Of a DNA stretch of 64,000 bases, positions 12,026 to 24,497 are shown one piece after another. Numbering within the stretch: position 1 is the stretch's first letter; each line of letters starts with the position of its first letter. This DNA is from Octopus vulgaris (Eukaryota), in assembly GCA_951406725.2 (NCBI GenBank), contig OX597819.1:97278001-97342000 (forward strand). The letters run 5' to 3'. The notes beneath the pieces are model-generated. The model was not told the origin of the DNA, made no database searches, and saw nothing but the letters and a program-made list of their open reading frames with translations. A program made the position numbers and the translations under genes.

Positions 12026-13829
12026 TGTAGCAATAATTATAACTGTTAGTACATTCATTCATCATTGATATTCCTCTACTAGACATTTTATAGAAGGGTA
12101 TCTGGCTTTACTTATTTCATGTTTATCATGTATACAGTCTAATTTTTTTAACCATTTCTTAATGTCAATTTCAGCCCCTTTGATTATAACACATTGCCAT
12201 TGTATCTTGGTGCCTTACATTAGTATTTAGTTTTCAGATGAACATTAAGATTAAACTGTTTTCTATTGAAATAACCAGTCATTTTATCAACAGCAAACAA
12301 GAAAAAAAAAAAGATATGCAAACCATTATTTCTAATATTATTGCCTTTCTGTGGATAAAAGAAACAGTTTGAATGAGGTAGTATTATATAATACTGTTTA
12401 AGTGTTTTTTTTTTTTACTGTTTAAGCATTAAGGAGATCACTCATATGCCTTTCCTAAGTGTTTTCATTAAATCATTAAAAAGAGAATTCATAACAACAA
12501 AATCTGATCAAAATATGATGAACTTTTCATGTAGAAATGCCACTGCCAAGAGCAGTAATGCTGAGCTACTTGCATAAACTCCATACTAACAAACAGCAAA
12601 AACTGGAAAGCTCTCAAGATAAACATTTCACTAAAGAGAAAATCTTTACTATAAAGAATATTTTGCTTTATTTATTTTTTTTTTAATTTCTTCAATAAAG
12701 AGAATGCAATCAACTATAACCTTTGATATTACAATTCACAACAAATGCAATAATATTCTTTAGTAAGTCAAATAGACCCAGTTAGGTTAAATAATGAATA
12801 ACAAAAAGTAGAGATGATATATTGATGTTGCCAATATCAAGAACTGTATACAATAATCTATAGCTACATCAAAACTGAAAACTACAGAACTTTATCGTCT
12901 CCATATATTAAAACAAATTAGTGTTTTAATAAAACAAATTTAACCATATATGTTAAAATATTAGTGTTTCCTTTTTACTATTTTTTTAATGTCTACTAAC
13001 TAGCATAACAATTAGTTGCCCTCAACGAAGGCTGATAACTGAAACTTTACACTTTACACTGCAGTAGTCAAATTCTCTAGAGCAATCATTAATACTACTT
13101 AACTGCCCCTACTTCTAACACATTCTATTTTGCCTGTATCAAAACTAAACTTTCATCCATTTCTAAACAGTATTTCATAGTAAAGAAGCTTATTATCAGT
13201 CATCAATCATAAGTGACATGGTAGCTCATACCAAGCTTTCATTGTTTCAAGTGGTTGCCTGTAGACATAGATACCATCTCAGCTCTCCCACTCTTGACTT
13301 AGAAGAACATCAAGGATATGATAATGAGAGAGAGAGAGAGAGAGAGAAAGAGTTGCATCAGTTAAGCTGGTATTCATTTTCAGCAGAGTAAGCTGGAGCA
13401 ATGTGAAAAAAAGTGCCATGCTCAAAGAGACAACATGGTGCCCACTCAAGGAGTGAAACCCATGTCTTTATCAGCATAGCCCTAACATCTTATGCAAAGG
13501 GCAACACACCTTCACTAAACTTTCCTAAACTTTGCAATTTCCAGTGTAGTGTTTTGACATTTATTTAGTAAAAGTCAATGTTGTTAAAAAAGTGATTGTT
13601 ACCATTATTGTATTTAAAGCTGAATATTTTAAAATCAAACTTTTATATGTCTTACATGAAGGAAACTTAATCTGTCAAATTTTAAAATGTGAAAATATTG
13701 ATGTGATATATACTCATAATTGAAGCTAATCTATTTATAGAATTAAGAAACCAAAACTACTTTGAATTAAGTTTTTCTCATCCAGGTTAGAACCAACCAG
13801 ATATATAGCAGATCAGCTCTAGCTATGTA

Positions 13830-14048
13830 AGGACCAATGAGGAACTTCTACATGACCATTCAACTGGCCAGAAATAGCAACCAAATATCCTTCAAATTAC
13901 ATTATCATCTTTAAAAAAAAATGAAAGAAAAGCATATACTAGACAATGTAGACCCCAATATGCAAAAAAAAAAATGGGTTAGTCACAGTTTGAAAGCTTT
14001 TGATCCTAAGTTCACTTAATCAAAGCTAAATTGGGGGTAAACAACAAC
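13830..14048 (+). mobile_element. Dispersed repeat family C (unclassified, SINE-like)
   Basis: agaaatagcarccaaatctccctcaaatcacac...gacaatgtag...atcaaagct...ggggctaaacaac also at ~28560-28751, ~47665-47866, ~52955-53155, ~63625-63823 and inverted at ~44270-44465. Confidence 0.7.
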
Positions 14049-14617
14049 TCCAGATTTCTGAAATTAAAGCAAGTTGTTTTGTTTCAAGTGATTATTCCAA
14101 TTTTACTCTACCACAATTTAGTTCCAAATTAGAATTGGTATTTGAATCAATATACTACTGTTGTTCTTCAACTCTGATTCTGCAGGTCTACAATTAACAG
14201 TATACAAGCAGTGATTATGTTGTATTATATATATGAGGCTACATTGTCTAATGTCCTTCCATTTTTTGATATCTGAGGGAATTTGCTCGCTATTTTTAGC
14301 CAGTCAAGCAACCATGTATAGGTTCTTTTATTGACTTTACTCATTGTATTGGAGATACTGGTGGCAGAGGCCTGGAGAAGATGAAAGTGATAGAACTGTA
14401 CCTAATGAATAAGGAGAAAATTAGAGGTCTGCTTTAATGAAAATGAGGATTAAAATGCTTTCAATTACAACCAGTTTATGTGGACATAACCAGGCTTTGA
14501 AAAGAAATCTGACAAGGAAAAGAATTTTTGAAGTGTCACTGACAGAACAATGAACAAAAATGAACCAACTAAGAAAGCCTTGTTATCTCTATTCAGCAGC
14601 AGAGATCTCAGTTTGAA

Positions 14618-14736
14618 ATCACATGGTTTCAAGTTCAGTCCCACAGTACAGCACTTTGGGCAAGCTGCCAATGCCTTGTGAGTAAATTTGATAGCTGGAA
14701 ACTGTGAAAGCCATTCATGTGTGTGTGTGTGTATGT
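14618..14736 (+). mobile_element. Family-A SINE 5' half (3' half at 17100-17322)
   Basis: cacatggtttcaagttcagtcccac...gccttgtgagtaaatttgatagctggaaactg, then (tg)n; the sequence resumes after the Penelope insertion. Confidence 0.75.
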
Positions 14737-14900
14737 TTATCAATTTGTTTTGCAAGATTCCAGATGTGAAATTGTGTGTTGAAGCAGATATTATTGTACT
14801 TCGGGATGGTCATTTTATTTATTTTTTTTTTTTTTGCCAAATAAACACAGGCACTATATTTTTTTTTACTTCAATCATTTATTACTGTTATTTTATTATT

Positions 14901-15264
14901 ATCTCTGCCTTAGCGAAGGTGGAGGTATTGTTTTCAGTTCCAATTGTTTGTTTGTCCATGGAGAAGATATTTTAAGAGCTGCTGGATGGATTCAGATGAA
15001 ATTTTCAGTGATGTTTGGCCGCGTGACTGGCACGAACTGATTAGATTTTGGGATTGATCCAATACCAGACAAGGATTCTGGCTTATTTTTCAGGTTTTTA
15101 AACTTAATTTTTGAGAGCAGTCAGGCTCATTTTTGGTATTCTCGTTTGTGAGAGCAGTCAAGTTTATTTCAGATATTCTCATTTTAAAAATCATCTCTGG
15201 CTAATCATTGAGAGGACACTGGTGTTGCCTTGGCGGAGGTTTGTGCTCTCTGAGTGCTCTGGTT
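14901..15264 (+). mobile_element. Helentron-associated (HINE/DINE-like) non-autonomous element
   Basis: 5' hairpin ctctgccttagcgaaggtggag, 3' subterminal ccttggcggagg plus hairpin gtgctctctgagtgc and ctggtt end; present in the left pseudo-LTR arm only, in a T-rich site. Confidence 0.7.
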
Positions 15265-15321
15265 TTTATTATTTTGACGCCTGTCCATTGTCCAAAAATC
15301 TTTCGTCACACATCCGTGTCC

Positions 15322-15370
<49 letters not shown>

Positions 15371-15604
15371 CGTGTATGCTTGTGTGTGTGTCATAGTTTG
15401 TAGCAGTAGTGTGGCCTTTCCCTCAGCCCCAACTTCTTACCCCATTGTGCTACTGCTGTCCTAAGGCCAGAGGAAAAAGAAAGGGAGGGAGGTACAGTTC
15501 CTGTATTCCTGTGTTTGTGTGTTCATTCATGGTGTTGCCATCGTGGTAGTTGTTATTGCCATTGTCGGCTTTGTACTTAGTACAAAGTCATCATTTGTAC
15601 GTAG

Positions 15605-16248
15605 TACAAATCCATCATAGAGAGTGATGCTAAGGGGATCTGCCCACTGTACAGGAGTAAATCCTAGAAAAGCACAGAAAGGACCAGTAATAAGATAAAT
15701 AAGGCCTACATTTGGTATGACAACAAAAAATACCAGAGAGTCATGTTTGCCTGGTGGTGAACTAGCACACCTTTTTAGAAAAACTTCAAGTGAGACTAAT
15801 CTATGAATTAAAGTAGTGGAGAGGTCTGGTGCCCCTTTAAAATCCTTGATCTGCAATATCTATCCCTTTGATAGTCCCCCTGTATGGAGTACAACTGTGT
15901 TATATGTAGGATGAACTCACAGGTTAACTGTAAGGTAAGGAATGTAGTGTATAGCTTACGATGTACTGAGGGACAATGCAGAAACATGACAACTACCTAC
16001 ATAGGAGAGCATGTAGGTGAACATTGGTGAGAGCTCAAAGAAGGGAAATGCTTGTCAGTGCTCTTCCAACATGCTCAAGCAGAACATGGAGGCTTGATTA
16101 ATAACACAGGTTAAAGTACTATCGACACATAGAACTGACACTACGCTTAGATTACAGAAGCTACATACATAACAGTAGACAGACCGAGCCTCAATAGAAA
16201 ACATGAATGGAACAGTAACACTCACCACCACATCACACCAGATGACTA
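15605..16248 (+). pseudogene. Penelope-like ORF C-terminus: linker, Cys-rich motif and GIY-YIG endonuclease, disrupted
   Basis: Manual translation across frameshifts and stops: GICPLYRSKS*KSTER..WYDNKKYQRVMF / PGGELAHLFRK..IKVVERSGAPLKSLICNIYPF / PCMEYNCVICRMNSQVNCKVRNVVYSLRCTEGQCRNMTTTYIGE..GEH..SVLFQHAQAEHGG / VKVLSTHRTDTTLR / ITEATYITVDRPSLNRKHEWNSN. Not present in the ORF track. Confidence 0.88.
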
Positions 16249-17099
16249 AAGACAGTAGGGATGTGAAGAGAGAGGAAGGAAGAAAAAAACCATAAATAAT
16301 ACACAGATACACAGTAACACACACAATAGACATATATGCACTTACCTGTGATATGTATGAGAAATAGAGATAGATGCATTAAAAAAAATAGATAAATAAG
16401 TATATAAATTAGTATATAAATAAATAAATAAATGAATATATAAATATATCTGCCATATACCTGTGATAAATGTAAGACAGACATAGATAAAGTAAATAAA
16501 TAAAACTATATAAAGGGCTTGGATACATAAGAAGCAAACCCATACACACACACAAATACATGAAACCTCATGGATGGCTATATGCTGTCAACAACACAAG
16601 TAATACAGTCAGCAGCAACAGTGGTACTGACAATGGCAATAACAATAACAACTACCATGATGGCAACACTGTGGACTAACACACATATACAGAAGAATAT
16701 AGAGACTGTACATTCCCTTTTTTATTTTTTTTCTCAGATCTTAGGACAGCAACAGCACAATGGGGTTGAGAAGTTGGGGCTGAGGAGAAGTCCGCACTGC
16801 TGCTATAAACTATGACACACACACAAACATACACACACGCACACAATTACATTCGCACATAAAGATACACACAAGGAGTGAGTGGAGCAAGAATACACAC
16901 AGAAATGAAAAGTGTCATTGAAGAGGTCACAGATGTGTAATGAAGGCTTTATGGACAATGGACAGGCGTAAAAATAATAAAATAACAGTAATAAATGAGT
17001 GAAGAAAATATATATATATATATATATATAGTGCATGTGTTTATTTTGGCACAAAATAAATAATAAAATGACCATCCTGAAGTACAATATATATATATA

Positions 17100-17322
17100 T
17101 GCATATGTCTGTGTCTTTGTGCCTGTGTCTGTTGCACACTTCATTGATCAAAACCAGTGTTAGTTTATGTTCCCATTACCCAGTGGCTCAGTAAAAGATA
17201 CCAATAAAATAAGTACCAAACTTTAAAAAAATAAACAATGATTTGTTCAACTAAAACTCTTCACAGCAATGCTCTAACATGGCTGCAGTCCAGTGACTGA
17301 AACAAGTAAGAGATAAAAGATA
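17100..17322 (+). mobile_element. Family-A SINE 3' half
   Basis: ...aataagtacc...catggctgcagtccagtgactgaaacaagtaagagataaaaga matches the end of 57074-57450. Confidence 0.8.
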
Positions 17323-18503
17323 GTACTTTAAGGGGCCATGTCAGGTAAACTTGATGCTGTTTAATACATGATCATATATACAACTTCTGAATTGCTATTT
17401 TCTACAACTTATAGCTGATATGAAATCTCACAGTTATAGAAAAGAACAGTTCAGAAGTTGTAATTCCATTACCTTTATTGTTAAATGCATTAATAAAGAA
17501 GGTAAAATGATCTTTCCTTATGAGTTAGACATAGTTCACAGAGAAATTCCATAATACACACTAGATAATGAGAAATATAGTTAGCTGAGTAGCACCAAAT
17601 ATAGGATTACTTAACTGTTAAGAGACTGATAAAATTCAAGCATTTATCACAAATTAAAACCTGAAAATGAAAACAATAATTATCATTGCTTTTGTTTTAT
17701 AAAAAAAAAAGGATTTCTTTTTCTTTTTTTTTTTTACCCCTATCATTCAGTGTAGGATAAATAATGTAGTTTCATATAAAATTGTTTCCAGTTTAATACA
17801 TACCATAACATTTCTTTCTTGGAAACTGTGATCTTGATAAAACCTGTGTTTAGCTATTTATTCACAATGTATCTTAGTGAAGTATTTCCTTATCATAACC
17901 CCAGCAGCTAGTTAGATAAACAAAACGCATACAATGACCTGGTCAACACAGCTATTCTCACTCACTCACTATCAGAAACTAAATTTACAAAAACCAGATG
18001 AATACAAATGTAATTTTGATAAATATTCCACTACATTTTTATCTAAATTTAAATAATTTTGTGATGCAGTGTCAGGATTTAGAATCACATTTATTTCAGC
18101 ATGATGTGGCGTTCAAGAAATTTTGATAGACAGTTTTAATATCTTAGATTCACTGCTTTTCAGTACAAACAGAAACAAGGTGCAGCCTGAAGCAGTCCAC
18201 AGTAAATATATAAATAGCTACATATCATTGTAGAAAGAATAAAGTAAATTTGAAAAAATTTAGAATGCCACAAAATGAACAAAAAGGATTTCACATAGTT
18301 AAAGATGGTAGTACATAGGTAAAAACATATTCAGCCCTTCTTGTAGGGTTTAGAATAGGAATCATAAACTAACTACCCTCTTTCTAAACAATATGTGATG
18401 AAATACAAAGTTGTTGATAAAGTATATGAATTCCAAAAATGTTAGATCAGCTTTGAGAATTTCCTCCACTAGTTTCCTTTAGCAGCTACTGTTGCTGCCC
18501 AAA

Positions 18504-18534
<31 letters not shown>

Positions 18535-19059
18535 TATTATGGCTATTCAAGCCAACAAGAGAGCCTCTCTTAAGCTACTTGGGAAACTATTCTTCAGTCA
18601 ATTGCCCCTGGACAATTTCCCCCAATGAGAAAAAATTAAGAGTAAAGCATAACATATGAAGAAAGAAATAATTACTAATAAAATATACACACAAATTGTA
18701 CCAGGGGTTCCATTAGAAATGAAAGGAAACAGTTAAATTAAGGTACTCAATATATGAACAAGAAATAAAAGAAAACCATATTTTGTCCAAGCGAGTGAGT
18801 GAGTGAGCGTGTGTGTGTATGTGTGTTGGTGCAGGCATAACTGAGTGATTGAGAAGCTTGCTTCCTGACTGTAACTTCAGGCTCAGTCCCAATGTTTGAC
18901 CTCTTGAACAAGTGTCTTTTACTATAATCTAAACCAAACAAAATCATGTGAATAAATTTAGCAGATGGAAATGGAAAGAAGCCCATTGTGTGTGTACAGA
19001 TTCTATTAAATTTTTAAAATGAAATGTGTTTTAATAAACACTGACTTTATAATCATTTA

Positions 19060-19294
19060 ACGATGCAGTGTGGAATCATTCAAATTGCAGCTGGATAGAT
19101 ACCTAAGCACCATTAGAGATGAACCCCATCTCCCAGGATATACACAACAAGCACAAACTGACTCAAACTCGCTCCTACACATGTCAAAATTAAACAGAGA
19201 ATACAACCTGGCAACCACACCAGACTCTGAGGATGGAGTCTTCGACTTGGCCTGAGCATGGACTCAAACTCAAATGAAATGAAATGAAATGAAA
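19060..19294 (+). mobile_element. CR1-group LINE extreme 3' end
   Basis: VESFKLQLDRYLSTIRDEPHLPGYTQQAQTDSNSLL is a typical ORF2 terminus, followed by an (aaatg)n tail. Confidence 0.8.
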
Positions 19295-19904
19295 TATATA
19301 TTTTTTGAGATACTGTTGGCATGTGTGTGTATTTTACTTGTTCCAGTAAGGCCATGCTGGGGCACTGCCTTGAACTTTTAGATGAATATATCAACCGCAG
19401 TACTTATTTCTTTAAAGCTTGTTACTTATTCTATCAGTTTATTCTGCAGAACCGCTAAATTACACACACACGCACTCACATATTAAAATTAAGCATGGAT
19501 AAAACAGTTTAAACACTGGTACTTAATAGTACCGCATATGTGAAAGAGTGTTGCAATCGTAATTTAGTTAAGTTGCTTCAGTTTTCAAAAACAACCAACA
19601 ACATCAACACCAATAACACAAACAATTCCTCATCTGACCTTTTTCTTTACAGTCTTCTTGAACCAAATCTAGCACATTTTTATGTAACCTCTTGCTTCTC
19701 TACTTCAAGTGGTACTAATAGTAGAGAAGAATCAAGATAGAATTAAAGAAAGAGAAGAAAGGAAAAACAGTAGGAACTGAAAGAACGAGAAGAACAGAGA
19801 AAACAGAAGGAAAAAATGAAAGAGAGAGAGAGAGAGAGAGAGAGAGTAGGAGAAAAAGTTGCATGTGTGTGCACATGTGTGCTTACATGTTTATACATAC
19901 ATAT

Positions 19905-19941
<37 letters not shown>

Positions 19942-20003
19942 AAGATAGAGAGAGAGCCATGTCTGTACGTATGCATATATAAATATATACACAGACACAT
20001 GTG

Positions 20004-20053
<50 letters not shown>

Positions 20054-20181
20054 TTCAGCAACAATTTAGATTCAAATGAATATGGTACTTAATTTAGATG
20101 CACCAGAATTTTGTATGGTGTTACCCATAAAAATTTGCGGGCTGATTATAATCAAAATAAGCAACAAGAATGACTCCGGTA

Positions 20182-20271
20182 ATTTGGTACAATTGTTTCG
20201 CACTACATCATTTTATTAAAAGTTGTAAGTATTACAGCAGATTTAAGATGCTGAGTGCTCATCAGCCAAAT
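20182..20271 (-). ncRNA. Type I hammerhead ribozyme (minus-strand copy)
   Basis: Reverse complement of 20437-20526. Confidence 0.8.
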
Positions 20272-20436
20272 ATATAGGTTTTCCATTAATACAAAAGCTT
20301 TCAAATCAAGTAGTAACCTTATAGAGAAGGTAGATATACAGATAAAGATGTAGATTTAAATTTTAAGAACATATGAGGTTGTGAAGTTCTGCCACTGACT
20401 GATTTGAAAGCTTTTGTATTAATGGAAAACCTATAT

Positions 20437-20526
20437 ATTTGGCTGATGAGCACTCAGCATCTTAAATCTGCTGTAATACTTACAACTTTTAATAAAATGA
20501 TGTAGTGCGAAACAATTGTACCAAAT
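20437..20526 (+). ncRNA. Type I hammerhead ribozyme, Penelope-type minimal stem III
   Basis: Stem I atttgg/ccaaat; core CTGATGA (20443-20449); stem II gcact...agtgc with a long loop; GAAA (20509-20512); palindromic caattg; predicted GUA cleavage triplet ending at 20520. Confidence 0.82.
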
Positions 20527-20569
20527 TACCGGAGTCATTCTTGTTGCTTATTTTGAGTATATATATATG

Positions 20570-20618
<49 letters not shown>

Positions 20619-20675
20619 CATACATACACACACACTCACGTGTGTGCGTGTATATATTTATATATGCATACATAA

Positions 20676-21018
20676 AGGCATAGCAGTGTCCTATGACACT
20701 TGCTTCCCAACTATATGGTTCCCAGTTCAGTTCCAGTGTGTAGCGTCTTGGACAATGAGCAAACCAAAGCCTTGTGTGTGTGTATTTAGTGGAAGAAAAA
20801 TGAAACAAGCTTGTTGTGTGTGTGAATGTGTCTAACCACTACTTGACAACTACTGTTGGTGTGTATATGTCACTAAAACTTGGTGGTTCAGCGAAGGAGA
20901 AAAATAGTAAAAGTACAAGGCATTAAAAAATGATTCATGGGGTCGAGTTGTTCACCTACGACCCTTCAAGGCAGTGTCCCACCAGGGCCACACTCAAGTG
21001 ACCAAAACAGATAAAAGA
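20676..21018 (+). mobile_element. Family-A SINE, diverged
   Basis: Collinear with 57074-57450 (tgcttcccaac..atggttcc..gttcagttcca...cttgacaac...ggggtcgagttgttc). Confidence 0.8.
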
Positions 21019-21071
21019 TATATAAACATATATACACACACACCATATATACATACATACATATACATACA

Positions 21072-21103
<32 letters not shown>

Positions 21104-21440
21104 CATACATACATACGTATATATACATACATATACATACATATATATACATACATATACATATATATACATACATATACATACATATACATATATATAC
21201 ACACATATACATATATATACATACATATACATATATATATACATACATATATACATATATATACATACATATATACATATATATACATATATATATACAT
21301 ACATACATATATACATATATATACATATATATATACATACATACATATATACATATATATACATATATACATATATATACATACATATATACATATACAT
21401 ACATATACATACATACATATATACATATACATACATATAC

Positions 21441-21481
<41 letters not shown>

Positions 21482-21651
21482 CATACATACATATATACAC
21501 AAATATATATACACAATTATATTATATACATACATATATATATATATACATATAAAAACATACACATATATATACACAAATATATATACACAATTATATA
21601 TATACATACATATATATATATATATACATATAAAAACATACACATATATAC

Positions 21652-21723
<72 letters not shown>

Positions 21724-21731
21724 ATACATAC

Positions 21732-21762
<31 letters not shown>

Positions 21763-21767
21763 CATAC

Positions 21768-21800
<33 letters not shown>

Positions 21801-22008
21801 CATACATATATATATATATACATACATATATATATATATATAATATACATACATATATATACATACATACATATATATACATATATATATATACATACAT
21901 ACATATATATACATACATACATATATATACATACATACATATATATACATACATACACATATATACATACATACATATATATACATACATACATACATAT
22001 ATATACAT
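21019..22008. repeat. ~1-kb compound (TA)n/(TACA)n microsatellite
   Basis: Directly visible in the sequence. Confidence 0.97.
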
Positions 22009-22480
22009 AAATCCTTAAATCCTTAAATCCTTAAAAATGTTTTAGCCCGAAGGCCGCGGCCATGCTGGGGCACCACCGCTGAATGAGCCACACTAGTTTG
22101 TGAATCCACCTCTGATACGTGGCACTTGATCAACAAGGGAGTTCGATGCTGCTGCCCGCATCCGTGTCTCCTGTCGTGAGGTAGGTTCATCTGGGACTCC
22201 CAACAAGAAGAGATCAGTTTAGTTTTAAAGAAACCCACATCCACACCATGTAAGTCTCTCAGGCATTTAGGGAGGATGTTGAAAAGCTGTGGTCCTCTGA
22301 AACCCAAGCTGTTGCAGTATCTGGACCTGTATTTTGATGGTGATGTTGGAATCATGGCATACGCAGCGGCGCCCGTTCTGCGGTTGGAGTAACTTTGAAT
22401 GCCAAAGTTTGGGACAAGACCCTCCAGGATTTTCCAGATGTATATTACTGCATATCTCTCCCGCCTCCGCTCCAGGGAGA
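22008..22480 (-). mobile_element. CR1-group LINE 3' end with 8-nt tandem tail
   Basis: [24 protein letters not shown]...[30 protein letters not shown], a short UTR, and a (ttaaggat)x3 tail. Confidence 0.9.
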
Positions 22481-23530
<1,050 letters not shown>

Positions 23531-23870
23531 AGGGCACTGTCTTGGGGCCACTGTTCATAGTGGCCCTTTCAGACATGCCCTCAGTTGCTAAAATGGCCAC
23601 CCTTGCTAGCTATGCAGATGACACTAAAGTCTCCTACACAATACAAAACCCTGGAAATATTGCACATCTGCAACAGGAGTTGGATACAATATACATGTGG
23701 GCTGAGGACAACAACATGCAGTTTAATGCAGGGAAGTTCCAGGCCCTGCGCTACCGGCACACAAAGGTAAACGACATGCAGACTGGATACACTGGCCCGG
23801 GAAGAATTGTAATTCCTGCGTCAAAATCAGTGTGTGACCTGGGCATTGACATGAACAATGATGCATCCTC
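23531..23870 (+). mobile_element. CR1-group LINE reverse-transcriptase fragment
   Basis: [16 protein letters not shown]...SYADDTKV...LQQELDTIYMWAEDNNMQFNAGKFQ...DLGI, i.e. RT motifs 4-7 with YADD. Confidence 0.92.
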
Positions 23871-24189
23871 CATCCCTATCATTTTTTGTCTATCACTCCT
23901 CTGCACACACTCTTGCAACCTTTACCCACCCACTTCCACTCATCATTTAGAGTGGTGCTGTATAACATACAAGAGAGGGGAAAAGAAAGTGACAATTTAT
24001 ATTAACAACTACAAATTTACTTATTTGTATTTTACATTAAAGGTAATTTCCACAAGAACTAATCAACTATCTTGACACTTTATTTTGTATGCTTTTTTGT
24101 TTTTATTTGTTTTTTGGGTTTGCTTGTTTTTTTTTGATGGTGAGGGAGGAGGGTTTTAAACTTCTCTGATTCTAATATGGTAATTACAT

Positions 24190-24497
24190 TTATGTGTTTG
24201 TTTTGCAAGATTCTTGATGTGAAATCGTGTATTAAAATATATTGCTATATATGGGGATGGTTATTTTTGCTACTAAGCTCATGCACTATTTATTCGATTT
24301 TCACTTTATTATTATTATTATTACTATTATTATTATTAGTTTATTTGTCAGAGTTCTTTCCTCACTTCTTCAATGACGTCACAGAATGTATGACAAAAGA
24401 ACTGACAAACTCATGATAATAATAAAGCCAAAGCGAGGATCAAATAAATAGTGCATGTATTTATTGACAAAAAGGCCATCTCCAAATATAGAAATAA
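24190..24497. mobile_element. Old Penelope-like inverted pseudo-LTR pair
   Basis: Starts tttgttttgcaagattcttgatgtgaaatcgtgt like 2470 and 14745; arms ~24240-24358 and ~24396-24495; decayed gtcacagaatgtatgac stem in the spacer. Confidence 0.7.

Larger units (their letters stand above)
14745..17088 (+). mobile_element. 5'-truncated Penelope-like retroelement (Neptune-like) with inverted pseudo-LTRs
   Basis: Arms ~14793-15566 and ~16629-17088 are reverse complements and flank a decayed GIY-YIG coding region; hammerhead remnant attgaagaggtcacagatgtg at ~16917-16950. Confidence 0.88.
20152..20556. mobile_element. Young inverted pseudo-LTR pair (~157-bp arms, no mismatch seen by eye)
   Basis: 20152-20308 is the reverse complement of 20400-20556, with a ~91-bp spacer. 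Confidence 0.92.
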
